From NCBI RefSeq assembly GCF_009914755.1, contig NC_060932.1: a DNA stretch of 64,000 nucleotides. One strand, given 5' to 3'. This DNA is from the human T2T-CHM13v2.0 reference genome, Homo sapiens. This document shows, one piece after another, positions 29,271 to 43,731 of the stretch. The notes beneath the pieces are model-generated. The model was not told where the DNA came from. It did not search any database and saw only the letters and a list, made by a program, of their open reading frames with translations. Both the position numbers and the translations under genes were made by a program. Position 1 is the stretch's first letter; every line of letters starts with the position of its first letter.

Positions 29271-32200
29271 AGTTTCTGCCAAAACAGCTAGAGACATATT
29301 AGTAATTCTTTTTTTTTTTTTTTCAATTTTATCACTATTTTAATCAAATAACTTAGCTGTTTGAAACAAATCCTTAAGACAGTTCAATAGAGCAAATGGT
29401 GGTTCTGGACAGAAAAATAATACTCATTTCATGAAGTAAGGAAAGATCTGCTGTCATTGGAATACTGGTGGATGCCAGGCATTACTTGTATGTCTAAGTC
29501 CTTCAGAAATGTCATCCCTCCCACAGCTGTTACCACCTTTATTCCAGTGACTCTTGCTTCTTATTCTAATCACCACTTCTTGGAGGTACCTAAGGTACCA
29601 AATGGATATTAAGTGGCAGCCTGGGATCTAACGACTTCACTTCAAATAGCTTCAAATAGGTGAAGTCAATACACTTCAAATAGGCTAGTTCCAGGTTAAT
29701 CTGACTTACACCCTGGTGTTCTATTTAAGATCTCATTTAAAAATAAGGGTCCTTGTTTAACAAAGAAAAGTTTAAAGCCCCTGGCACAGGCAAATAGCAA
29801 ATGTCTACTTAAGGTTAACAATACTTAGGAAGGAAAACTAAGTTGCCCAAATAACAGAAGTCACTCCTCCTTGTCCAAAGAGAAGAGAAAGATGCATGTT
29901 ATCACAAGGGCCCCAAAACTGAACATAAGCATGTATGTTAACATTTTGTTGTCAAACTGTAGTTCATTCTGGAAAGTAAAAAAAAACAAACAAAAAACAA
30001 AAACAAGTCATTAGTGATCCAAACCTTTTATCATCTAAAGAACTGACAATTATTACTCTAATAACATTTGTCTTATTTGACAAGGATAAAGAAGGTTATA
30101 GAGAAGGTTCAGAGAGCTGCTGCAGAAAAACGGTAGCACAGACACTCAGTAGAGTCAGTTATGATCATCCAGATAGTAATTAGCAAATCAAGAGAGACAA
30201 TCAGGAAGGTGCCCAGGGTATGTACCTGTGGCTAAATCGTAGACAAGCAAACAGCAGGAGTTTAAATGAACATTTCTTGATTTTAATTGAATGTACTCTA
30301 GGGGGAAAAAAAGTACTGTTAGTTTAGTCTTTACATTATAGGCAATGAAAAGGCACTGAGATTTTAGGCAGCCAAATGAGATGTTCATTTCTATAGTGTA
30401 TCTGAGAGCACAGTATGAATAGGATAAAAGTGGCAACAGGGCAGGAGTACTGGATAGCAATAGTCTAGGCAAGATAGAACACAGGCATTCAGTATGGAAA
30501 TGGCTGTAAGACTGGAGAAAAGGGGAAAATTCAGGAGATATTTCAGAAGTATTGCTCAAGTTAACACAGCTCAGTAAGATGCCCTCGAATAAGTAGGAAC
30601 CGAGAGGTGCATGGTGATGTTAAAAACCAATGCCAAAACCCAGCTGGAAGAAGTATTTGGAAAAAGGACAGGATAAGTTCAACTTCATCAATGGTACTGT
30701 GCTGTTCGTGTATAAAATATCCCAAGTAGCTTCGTCTCCCACACTTGCCACTATCAAATTATTCTGCCTCCTCCATGTGCCTCTCCATTTCCACTGCCAC
30801 CACTAGCATACAAGCCACCACTATCTTCCACTTGGACTTTACAACCTCTCACACCACACTGCAATCTGTTTACATGAAACAACAGATGAAAACTTCTTGT
30901 AAAACCAAATGTTTCACTCATTTTTTTTAAAAAAAGCATTCATTCAAAAATATTTACTGAGCTATATAAAATGTGCTAGGTACTGTTAAACACTATGGAC
31001 AGGTCAGTGAACAAAAATTCTTAAAAATCACTACACTCAAGAACTTTACATTCTAATGATCCGATCAAGTCATTCCCCTATTTAAAGTGTTTCAATGGTT
31101 TACCATAACTCTTAGTATAAAATCCAAACCTTCAAATGACCAACAACCTAGATAGATTTAATATGGGCCTCTCTTATCTCATCTCATGCCTCATTGGTTT
31201 AATCAGCTGCAAACTTCATCTCACCTCAGGGCCTTTCCCTCTCCCTAGAAAATCCATCTCAGCTCAAATTCACTTACTCAAGGAAGGCGTCCTTGACCTC
31301 TCCCCTATCCTACCCACTGTATTATAAGCAATATCGTACTACCTAATCTGTTTTTGTAGAGCTTACCACAACTGTTGTATATAATTGTATAATTATTTGT
31401 CTAACACCTCCTGCCAGAGAGTAGTGTCCCATAAGGAAATGGGGACATATCAATTCTTATCATATCAACTCAGTCCCAGAACGTATCACATTGCCAAGTA
31501 CTTAGTATGAGTAAACAGTGGATATATAAGAAATTTCCTATTTAAAAATATAGATTTGAAGGTACAGGTAGAGCAAAACAATTGGACTCCTTATTCTCTT
31601 TAGAAGGGGTTCCGAAGTTTCTTCAGTAATAGAAAGAATAAAATAACAACTGACGATAATAATGAAATCACTTTCTCATATTTCAACCTCATTCCCACTG
31701 CAATGGGGCTTCTATCACTACTGTTCCACCTAAACCACCCCGGTGAAAAGACCAACTCTTTTGTGGTTAACCCAAAACATACCTTTCAGTCTTTATCTTA
31801 CCTGTCCTCTGGGTGCCCTTTGATCTGTTTAGCCACTTCTCATTCTTCTTCTGCAGTGGCATCCTTCTCCTAGCTATCTCTAGGAGTGCAATGGAATTCT
31901 CTTGGACCCTGGCCCTTCCTCATCTCCTCATCTTCTGAACTGGCTTCAACCTGTCTGGCGTCTGACACAGGCCTTCACATCTCATGCAACAAATTCTGCC
32001 AGGTGTCCGTATCTCCAAGGAAGGATACTTTCCTGAGGGCCAGACCAAGAGGTCTCACTGCTTTCTTAACAACTCTAGCTGGATATCCCATTGATAGTTA
32101 TATGTGGAACCAAACCTAACATAGTCCTTTGGAAATGTGTGCCTCCTCCTATATTTCAATCTCTGGGCATAGCATTATTTTCCACTGAGCTAACCAAGCC

Positions 32201-32590
32201 AAAATACCACAATCATCCTAAGACTTCCTCTGGCTACAGTCCATCCCAATATTCTGTCAATTCCACTTCTAAATAACCTTTGCGATCCAGGATGCCTTAT
32301 CTTTTCAATGCTGTATCTCCGGTGTCTAAACATAAGCATCTTGCACATAGTAGGCCCTTAGTTTTTTGTACTAAACCATCTAAAAAAGTTAACATAGTCG
32401 GGTGTCCATTCAACCCCTATTGTGTGTGTACTCAAATCATTACAAACAAAATACCAGTAGATTTTTTTCTAGAATTTTACAAATGTTTTAAAAGTTAATC
32501 TGAAATAAAAATGAAAATAACCAGGAAACACTTTGAAAATAAAGTGTGACAAGATTTAGCCTAATGTATGTATGTATGTAAGCATGTGTG

Positions 32591-32882
32591 TTTGTTTATT
32601 TGAGACAGGGTCTTGCTCTATTGCTTGGGCGGGAATACAGTGGTGTGAACATAGCTCACTGCAGCCTTGACCTCATGGGCTCTAGCGATCCTCCTTTAGC
32701 CTCTGGAGTAGCTGGGACTACAGGTGCATATCACCATACCAGACTAATTTAAATTTTTTTTTGTAGAGGTTTAGTTTCACTACGTTGCCCAGGCTGCTCT
32801 CAAACTCCTGGCCTCGAGCAATCCTCCTGCCTCGGCCTTCCAAAATGTTGGGATTATAGGCATAAACCAGTGCCCAGCAGCC
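32591..32882 (-). mobile_element. AluJ
   Basis: Reverse-complement Alu dimer. Confidence 0.93.
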
Positions 32883-32906
32883 TAAAGTTTATTTAAAGCA
32901 TGACAA

Positions 32907-33230
<324 letters not shown>

Positions 33231-33743
33231 GCATGACAAAACTATAATGATTTCAACAGTGTGCTGCTAGTACATGAATAGATGGCCAACACAGCAGAAT
33301 AAAAAAAAAATAGAAAAAATACTAAGTTCAGAAATGGATATACCTTTAAGAATTTAGTATACAATAATTTCTCATAGTAGTGAGAAAAAGACAAAGTAAT
33401 TCAATAATTCAGTAATTCCCAAGCAACTACTAGACAGACAACAATTCATAAAAATAAACCCGTCTCATGCCATATATTCAAATTCACTCATTCTGTATGA
33501 ATAAAAACTGCAGTAAAAAATTAAATATGTAAGTGCATATTTATTTAATCATAGAATGAGAAAAGAGACAATAACCATGATGAGCCAAGACCAATAATGG
33601 CACTTACTAATAAACATGAGTACAGCAAAATGTACCATAAATAAAGTAAAAGGAAAGTAAAAAGGCAAGTAACAAATGAAGAAAATATGATTGGTATACG
33701 GGCAACAATGGATTGATAGCCTTAATATAGAAATAGTTCCATC

Positions 33744-33897
33744 AGGCCAGATGCAGTGGCTCAATTCTGTAAACCCAGTGCTCTGCACAGCTAGGAAGGA
33801 AGATCACTTGGGCCCAGGAGTTCAAGGCTCCAGTGAGCTATGATCACGCCACTGCCTCCAGCCTGGGTGACAGAGTGAGGCCCTGTCTCTAAAAAAT
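33744..33897 (+). mobile_element. FAM/FRAM-type Alu monomer
   Basis: Monomer with TSD aaatagttccatca / aaatagctccatca. Confidence 0.85.
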
Positions 33898-34614
33898 GAA
33901 ATAGCTCCATCAAGTCAATAATTAAAAGTTCAACAGCCCAACAGAACAAAAATTGTAAAAGAACACAAATAGAAAATGTACAAAATAAATATTAATGACC
34001 CATAACCCTATAAGGGAAAGTTTAACCTCTCTAGTATTTTTTTAAATTAAAACAAGATCTTTTTTTCATCCAACAAAATGATAGTTTTTTAATTATAATA
34101 TGGTATTAGAGTATAAATTGGCACTTCAATTAATATACTTTTCTAAAATAATAATTTTCCTGTAGGACAATTAGGCAATACATATCATCAATTGCCTCTA
34201 AATTATACATATCCTTTAATACACAAATTCCACTCTTTGGAAATTATTCCACATAAATAATATCAAGTATACAAAGAAATTCATAATGAGGAAACTGGAA
34301 ACAGCCTAACTATTCAACAATAGGCATTTGGCAATTCAAATTCTAATACATCCACAGTGGAATACAATGTTGTGTATATTTACTTGGAAAGATCTTTAAA
34401 ATATACTACTACCACATGGGGGGAAGTTACAAAGCAGTATGTTTTACAAGATCCTGTTTTTTAAGAAAACTATTTTAAGACAATTAGATGGATGTGTATG
34501 TGTTTGTAAAAAGACTAGAAGGGTACGTATAATAATGATCTCTATTAGAATACTGAGTAGCTATTTCTTAAGTTCGTGATTCAGAATGGGGCAGAACTTT
34601 CAAATATATTGTCA

Positions 34615-34792
34615 GGCCAGGCACAGTGGCTCATGCCTGTAATCTCGGCACTTTCGGACGGTGAGGCGGGCTGATCACTTGAGCCCAGGAGTTCAAGACC
34701 AGCCTGGCCAACATGGCAAAACCCTGTCTCAGCCTCCCAAGTAGCTGGGACTACAGATGTGAACCACCATGCCCAGCTAAATACAAAAATTA
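34615..34792 (+). mobile_element. Alu left arm containing an inverted right-arm segment
   Basis: Plus-strand left arm runs to 34730, then antisense Alu text at 34729-34780, then the A-rich linker. Confidence 0.85.
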
Positions 34793-34801
34793 AAATTTTT
34801 T

Positions 34802-35100
<299 letters not shown>

Positions 35101-35773
35101 TTAAATTTGGAACTCTACCAAGGCTATTCAGCTTTGGAGTGAAGGGGTAAAAAGCAGGATTCAAGACAACCAAAAGGGAAGAGAAGGGGTTAAAGAGGCG
35201 GAGTTATCTATAGCGGTTGGAGCACAAGAAAGCCCGTGAACACACACGAGTAGAAAAAGTGCCTTATTCACCTTTGTATCCCATTCATATAACAGTGCCT
35301 AGCATCAATGTTCACTGAATAAAAGAATGAATATTATTTTAGTAAGAAAAAGGTCCACAAACACTAGCTGACTGAGAGGAAAAGACTAGAGATCACCTTG
35401 GGGAAAAATCCAAAAGTACACTAGAGCACCATAAGAATACAATCCCCCAAAAAATGATCAGATTCTTCAGAAAGCATTTAGTAAGTGCCATGTGACAAAA
35501 TGGAACCCACCCCATAAAGCAGTTTCACTAAAAGTTGAGGCCTCTGGAAGGGCTCCCAAAGACAAATTTGAACAGCCTGTGACTTATATTAGCAAATTCT
35601 TTACATATAATTATATTGATGCATTAATTGAGAACGAAAGATATGCATTTAACGGAGATTTCCTTCTTATATCAAAAAGATACCTGCACTCCTAGTTTAT
35701 TGCAGCACTATTCACAACAGCAACACAAGGAATCAAACTAAGTATCCATCAACAGACGACTAAAGAAAATGGC

Positions 35774-35900
35774 ATATATATATGTGTGTGTGTGTGTGTG
35801 TGTATACATGTATACATATATATACACATATATATACACACGTATACATATATATACACATATATATACACACATATACATATATATACACATATATATA

Positions 35901-35951
<51 letters not shown>
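35774..35951. repeat. Complex (TA)/(TG)/(CA) microsatellite, ~178 bp
   Basis: Seen directly; it explains six spurious ORFs. Confidence 0.95.
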
Positions 35952-35952
<1 letters not shown>

Positions 35953-36095
35953 ATGGAATACCACCCAGCCATTAAAAACAATCAAATCATGTATTTTGCA
36001 GCAACCCGGATGGAACTGGAGGCTATTATCCTAAGTGAAATACCTTAGAAACAGAAAGTCAAATACTGCATGTTCTCATTTATAAGTAGGAGCTA

Positions 36096-36424
<329 letters not shown>

Positions 36425-38512
36425 TAAGAGTGGGATAATAGGTATCCCACTGGAGACTCCAAAAAGTGGGAGGGTGGGAGGGAGGTGAGAGTTGAAAAAT
36501 TACCTTTTAGGTATAATGATCACATTTGGTACACTAAAAGCCTCGGCTTTACCACCACACAATATATGCATGTAAGAAATGCATCTGCACTTGTACACTC
36601 TAAATACATAAAAAAAAATTTTAAAGGCGATTTTCTCTTGGCTTAATATGGTCAATATAAAGGGAGATCAACTCCATATATTTTATACGGTTGTTTCAAT
36701 TTCATATTTATCATTTCTTAATAGAGTTTCTACATCAGTGAATACTTTGCATAATACAACTTTTCATGGAAACCCATGACCTTACTTAATAAAGTAATTC
36801 AGAGAAGTTACCCTAAATAATTAATTGCTAATAAATATTCCCTAAGGACAGAAAATCAAGATTGCCTTAGCAGGAAATATCTGCATATATATATATATAT
36901 ATTCAAAAGCATCTAAGTAAGTCTACTTTCACCTTCCATATTTCCAGACAATGTAAAAGCAAGCATACCTTTTAATACCAGGAAAACCATTGGGGAACCT
37001 AGAACCATAAAATTCTGGCTAGTTACAATTTGAATGACACATTTTTACAATTCAGACACCACCTTAAGTTCCAGGGAAGTGTCTCAAGTGAACACATACA
37101 TAAATTTAATGTTAGTAAGTTCTTAATGTAGCCTCATTTCTATTTATACTGTAAATATGGGTATATATGTTATTAAATTAAGATGACAGTCTAAATTCCC
37201 ATCCACTTACTAGGAATCATTTATATTTCATATAGCACTAGAGATGTCTTCTCTGAGCTTATGAAGAATTATAATGGCGAGAATCAAACCAAACATTGAT
37301 GGACAACTGCAAAGAGCATTCCACATATAAATGAAAAATGTTGCTTGCTAAAGATCTATAAGGTTGTTTTCAGAAACACAACCTTCTTGATATTATTTGT
37401 CAGATAAATTAATTATGAAAGCAATAAATGTCTAAATATACAGGAAAGTGTTCTCAATTTTCTAAGTTCATTGTGTTATTAACTTGTTACTAACAATAAC
37501 TCAAGTTAGGATATATCCAAAACCATTCCTATGATAATATCACTAGTACTTCCCTAAAAGGCAAAGGGATAGAATTTTTGGAATGTGATCAACACTATCA
37601 CAGAAGACCACTGTGATCGTCAATGTCAACATTCCTTGAGTGACAGCAAGAAAAACTGTTGGGAACTTCTGTTTTGAGGGATCAACACAGCACCTTTGAA
37701 TACCTTTCCTTTTCAGGAGAACTTGCCAGGATGCCTCCGGAAGGTTTCTGAAGCCTAATAAACCATTACACAAATTCTACTCTTTATCTCCTTTTTTCTA
37801 AAGAACAATAACTTACTTGTACAAGTTTGGGCTTCAAGAAAACACTAGATTTTGCCCTGGAAAATGTGGTTATGTCAACTTATTTGAGCTGACTCTAGAC
37901 AAAATTATGAGGTCAGCACAGTTAACCTTCAGTGTTTCCTTGTTCTCCTTTGCTTAGCTTCCTTTCAGTACCTCCCTCTAACTCCGATCTCCAAGAAATC
38001 TGGAACTCTTATATTGTTCCCTAGCTAAAGATACTAAATAGTGACACCCATCTAGGCTCAATGTCCTGAGCTTCAGATTTGTCCCAAATGTCTACTTCTG
38101 GGACTGAAGTTCCAATAGTCATTTCAACTAATTCATATAATGGTGATGGGCTAATGATGGCAACTTCATATACATACCTACACCCTCATCGCCTCATGAA
38201 ATAAAAATTGATGATTTTCAACTGGGTTGGGAGAATGGGCTACTGAATCAGAATTACCTGAGAAATTCTGAAATAAACTTTCTCATCAATGTGTAAATTT
38301 ATAACCCCGTGTCCTGTGGATGACCAATGCCTTGAGAAGCCACAGATGCTGATGTTGAGAAGGAGGGAGGGCAGAAACATCATCCAACTAAGTGAAAGAA
38401 ATGTTCAGGTGCCTTGTTCTTCCCTCTGCCCATAAATACATAGTAGGTATTCAGTAACAGCTGCATTTCCAGTCAATATTTTTTTAAAAATACATAAACA
38501 AGTCCTTCTCAT

Positions 38513-38820
38513 CAGGTGCGGTGACTCATGCCTGTAATCCCAGCACTTTGGGAGGCTGAGGCAGGCAGATCACTTGAGGCCAGGAGTTCAAGACCAGCCT
38601 GGCCAACATGGCGAAACCCTGTCTCTACAGAAAAATGCAAAAATGAGCCAGGCATGGTGGCATGCATCTGTAGTCCCAGCTACTCAGGTGGCTAATGTGG
38701 GAGGACTGCTTGAGACCGGGAGGTCAAGGCTGCAGTGAGCCATAATCACACCACTGCACTCCAGCCTGGGTGACAGAGGGAATCCATCTCAAAAAAAATA
38801 AATTTAAAAAGTAAAAAAAA
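38513..38820 (+). mobile_element. AluJ
   Basis: Full dimer with an A-rich tail. Confidence 0.93.
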
Positions 38821-39159
38821 TCCTCTGCTTTAAAAGCAGAGGAGTATAATCTGTTACAGGTCTTCTATGGAGCTTTCAGGAACCAAGGAAAGACCAGTAG
38901 GGAAGACCCAAGAGTACCACAAACAGCTCCAGGCAGTTAATCCAATACTTATGGAATGTCTATTTATGAAAACAATAAATATTTTTTAAGACTTACTATT
39001 TCCCTTCTCCCTTCTGCAAATGGTTAGCTCATTTTCACCTTTATCTTTCAACATCAATGTCACCTTCTCATGGAATCAATCCTCTCCTGACCATCCTATC
39101 TCATGGAGAATTTTCACCCCTTTGTTTCCTTCCCAATACTTACACAACTCAAAATTCTT

Positions 39160-39333
39160 CTTTATTTATTTATTTATTTATTTATGTATTCTGTGAGACA
39201 GGGTCTCACTCTGTTGTACAGGCTAGAGAGCCATGGCACAATTTCGGCTCACTGCACCCTCAACCTCAACCTCCCACCTCAGCCTCCCGGGTAGATGGGA
39301 CTATAGGCATGTGCCACCACACCCAGCTAATCA
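39160..39333 (-). mobile_element. Alu right-arm fragment with (TTTA)n tail
   Basis: 'tgagacagggtctcactctgttg...tgccaccacacccagctaat'. Confidence 0.85.
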
Positions 39334-40247
39334 AAATTCTTTTATATCCTTTTAATTGGAGTTTAATCTCTCTCCCAGAGCACTGTTATATCCCAGTCCT
39401 AGTACAGTGTCTGGCATAGAAGTATTAAAAAAAACTGTATAAAAAAGCATAAAAAATCCTGAAGGCAGGATTCTAACTTTTAAAAGGACAATGGAGAGTG
39501 AATTGGTTATAAACCCAGTAAGAAAAGAAACAAGGAGATGTCATTAAAAAACAGAAACACAAAGGGAGGGTGAATAGTTACGAGTTCATGCTGTGGTCAA
39601 GGTTAGATGTGAGGTGGGATAAAGCAAAGAGGAAAAGCCAAACAGGACACAGGAAATGAAGAACGAAGGCTTTCGAGATTAAATGAGCCCAAGCATATCC
39701 AACATGGTACAGCCCCGGACAAGGTGAGGCAAGAAAGTCATCCAGTAAAAAAACCAGGTTGCATTCATCTCAAAGACACTGACTCATCTCAATTCTCCAG
39801 CCAAACTCTGCTACTCTCCTCTGCAGATAACCTCATAGTCTACTTAATATAGCAAAGTAAGGTCATGGGTCCTACATCTCTGCAAACTCTGCCCTCGAAA
39901 CTCCTCTGTATCTGCACCTATGCCTCTAGGCTCAGAAGAGGCACCCTTCTGCCTCTAGGGGCTTCACTCTCCCAGAAATTACTCTCTCTCTTATCTTCAA
40001 CTTGTTTGGCCCTAACCACTCCTTCTCAAAACCTAGGCTTGCTGGAGTCTCTCTCATCCAGAAAAATTAACACCCCTCCCCTTTATTGTAGACTATACTG
40101 GCACATCCTCCATTCTCCCACTGCCTGGCTTCTTAAGGGCAGACCTCAGGGGCTCCATCCACTTTGCAATCCACCACAAAAAAGTTCCAACAAAAGGACA
40201 AAGTTACCTGCTACTTTCCTTCCAGGTGGCCAAATCCAAAAGGCAAT

Positions 40248-40433
<186 letters not shown>

Positions 40434-41870
40434 TGACCCCTCTTCTGTTCCTGGTCCCTTTGTAGTGCTTCACCCCGTACACCACTCCCTTTGTGAAACT
40501 CTTTGTTGTTTTAACAATACCTGACTCTCTCAAAACCTCCATAACAGTTCCTTCTCCTCTCTTCATCTTTTCTGGTGCCCTGGTATTCCCATATTCTTTT
40601 CAAGCCTTTCCTCTCTTTATACCACTTGTTTTCTTCCTGAATGAGCAACTCAAAAGGTTTTAGCTATCGCCAGTGACTCCAAATGATGATTTTTCACTGT
40701 ATACATCTGTACCTCACAAACCTGTGATCCACCTTGCCATTGAGTATCTCTGCACTAATACACCAAATAAAACTGAAAGTTAACATTTCAAAGTGAACTC
40801 ACTGTCTTCTCTCGATGTATTATTCCCCATTCTGGTTGATGGCAACCAATTGCTCATATCAGAATCCAGAGTCACTCTAGACACCACTGCTCACCATACC
40901 TGGCTCCATACCAACTGATCATTGGAGCCCCTCAGTTCTGTTTATTTGGTACTTCTAGAGCCTGTACCTTCCTCCCTTCCCTTCTTGCTCATTGACACTG
41001 TGGCCCATCAGGTCCTCATGTTCTCTCACCTAGCGTACTACAAATCTCATCTTCTTCAATCTACCCTTCCCTTCACTCCTAGAGTGATGTTAACGTTCAA
41101 ACCCAGCAATGTGACTCCTCTGCTTAAAAGCATCCAGTGGCTTCCCTTTCTACCACTTCTACTTATAAGACTTGACATTTCCCTCTGTTACTTTCTCACA
41201 GCATATGCTCCAGCCCTGGCAATTCATACCAGGTCATGGTCTTCCCTGATTTTGAAATGTACCTTGACTACAACAAGCTTATGATCTTTCAAGACACAGA
41301 ACAAGTGCCACCTCTCCCATGAAGGCTTCCCAAATTACCCCTGCCCCATATTCAGAGCAAAGAGTTGATCATTACCTTCTTTGGGCTCTATTTTACATAC
41401 ATTTATTAGCAAACTTAGCATCACTTATTACAACTATTATATTTGCAGGTGTGTGTCCCGTGTGTATACTATATACACATACACACGGACACACATGTTC
41501 CTTAAAAGGCCGAGTCTACATCCTATTGATTATTCCATCCCCAGCATTCTGCACAATGCTTAGCACACAGCTAATTCTGAATAAATACACTGTGGCAAAC
41601 TGCTGTTAAGTCAAAGAACACCAGGATTTAGGGCATCAAATAAGTTATCAAGTTTTAAAAAAACAAAAAAGGTGAAAAGGAAAACAGTGTTGCTGCACCA
41701 GAACCTTCCCTGAACCAACTGGGAGTTAGGTCTGGCTCTACTGTGCTTTCAAAGCCCTCCATTTCTTCCCCATCATACAACTCACATCTTATTGTAAAAA
41801 TCTTTGTACATGCCTTCCTCGTCAGGGTGAAATACAATTACTGCTAGAAATATTTATAATGTAATTTTTT

Positions 41871-42122
41871 TTAGCCTGTGTAATGGCATGTGCCTACAGT
41901 CACAGCTATTTAAGAGGCTGGGGCAGGAGGATCACTTGTGCCCAGGTGTTAAAAGCTGCAGTGAGATATGATCAAAAAAAATAAAATAATATAAATTTTT
42001 TTTTCAAATACGAGGTCTTACTCTGTTGCCCAGGCTAGTCTCAAATTCCTGGGTTCAAACAATCCTCCCACTTCAGCCTCCCAAAGTGCTGGGATTACAA
42101 GCATTAGCCACTGCACCCAGGC
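41871..42122. mobile_element. AluJ pieces in opposite orientation (right-arm fragment +, 41871-41973; left arm -, 41996-42122)
   Basis: Recognised Alu text on both strands, separated by an A/T linker. Confidence 0.8.
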
Positions 42123-42139
42123 TATTTCTAATTATCTTA

Positions 42140-42400
42140 ATAGCAGTTAATACTCACCGAGCATTTACCAAGTGCCAGTTATCTTGCTAAGTGCTTTACA
42201 TGAGTTAACTCATTTAATTTTCACTATAAGACAATGCAATAGATCTTATTCATATTACCATTTTCAGGTGAAAAAACTGAGCTTTAAAAAGAATAAATAA
42301 TTTGTCCATTGTCCCACAGCAAATGAACAGCATGCAAAGCCAAGGGGCATGCATGATTTCACGGCCCATGCTCCGGGTTTAACTACTATACTATTCGACT
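42140..42400 (-). mobile_element. MIR
   Basis: 'gctaagtgctttacatgagttaactcatttaat...ccattttcaggtgaaaaaactgag'. Confidence 0.8.
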
Positions 42401-42572
42401 AACACCTCCCACCAATAACCCACCATCAAATACATGACTAAAGGCCAGCAGGATTTCACAAAGGCCGGGGCTTTGTTTGGCTTACTTGCTACTTGGCACA
42501 TAGTAGATACTCAGTAAATATTTGATGGTTGATTGGCTGGCTGAATGAAAAACTGTTTAAAACTTTGGGTAT

Positions 42573-42882
42573 GGCTGGGCACTGTGGCTCACGCCTGTAA
42601 TCCCAACAATTTGGGAGGCTGAGGTGGGCAGATCACTTGAGGCCAGGAGTTCAAGATCAGCCTGGCCAAAGTGGTGAAACCCCATCCCTACTAAAAATGC
42701 AAAAAATTAGCTGGGCGTGGTGGCATGCGCCTGTAACCCCAGCTACTCGGGAGACTGAGGCAGAAGAATCACTTGAACCCAGGCAGCAGAGGTTGTAGTA
42801 AGCCGAGATCACGCAACTGCACTCCAGCCTGGGTGACAGAGCACTACTCTGTCCCAAATAACAAAACAAAACAAAACAAAAA
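42573..42882 (+). mobile_element. AluS (Sz/Sx-like)
   Basis: Dimer with (CAAAA)n tail. TSD aactttggg / acctttggg. Confidence 0.95.
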
Positions 42883-42933
42883 CCTTTGGGCTTATTTATT
42901 TTATTTTTTTAAGCTAAAAAATGAAGGGGTGGG

Positions 42934-43233
42934 TTTTTTTTTTTTTTTAATTGAGATAGTCTCTCTCTGTTGTCCAGGCTGGAATGCAGTGGTGAGATCT
43001 CGGCTTACTGCAACCTCTGCCTCCCAGATTCAAGCAATTCCCATGCCTCAGCCTCCTGAATAGCTGGGATTACAGGCAACCACCACCATACACAGCTAAT
43101 TTTTTTTTGTATTTTTAGTAAAGACAGGGCTTCGCCACCTTGGCCAGGCTGGTCTCCAGCTCCTGACCTCAAGAGGTCCACCTGCCTCAGCCTCCCGAAG
43201 TGCTGGGATTACAGGTGTGATCTGTGCCTGGCC
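42934..43233 (-). mobile_element. AluS
   Basis: Reverse-complement dimer with TSD TGAAGGGGTGG on both sides. Confidence 0.95.
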
Positions 43234-43429
43234 TGAAGGGGTGGTTCTTTATCTCTTTCATATGTAAACATTCTCTGGTTTTATTATTTGAAGGTAAAGT
43301 GCCTGCTGCCTATGATATCATGATGATACGCAGAAACAGTCCAGATAGGTTGTTAAGAGCATGAGTTTGAGATCACTAAACTTTAAATGGAATCCCAGAC
43401 CAACTTCTTAAACTGGGCAAATTACTGGA

Positions 43430-43731
43430 TTTCTTTTTTCTTTGTTTGAGACAGGTTCTCACTGTTGCCCAGGCTGGATTGCAATGGTGTCATCATGGCT
43501 CACTGTAGCCTCTAATGCCTGGACTCAAGTGATCCTCCCACCTCGGCCTTCTGACCGACTGGCTAGGACTACAGGCGTATGCCACCATGCCCAGCTAATT
43601 TTTTAATTTTTCTTTTGTAGAGATGGTGTCTTGTTATGTTGGCCAGGCTGGTTTCGAAGGGCCTCAAGTGATCCTTTGTCCTTGGCTTCCCGAAGTGCTG
43701 GAATTACAGGCATGGGGCACCATGCCCACCC
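43430..43731 (-). mobile_element. AluJ inserted in a MIR
   Basis: Reverse-complement dimer with MIR-like text on both flanks. Confidence 0.9.

Noticed and set aside
35738-36048. Six overlapping ORFs rich in CV/HT/YI
   Set aside because: Translations of a dinucleotide microsatellite.
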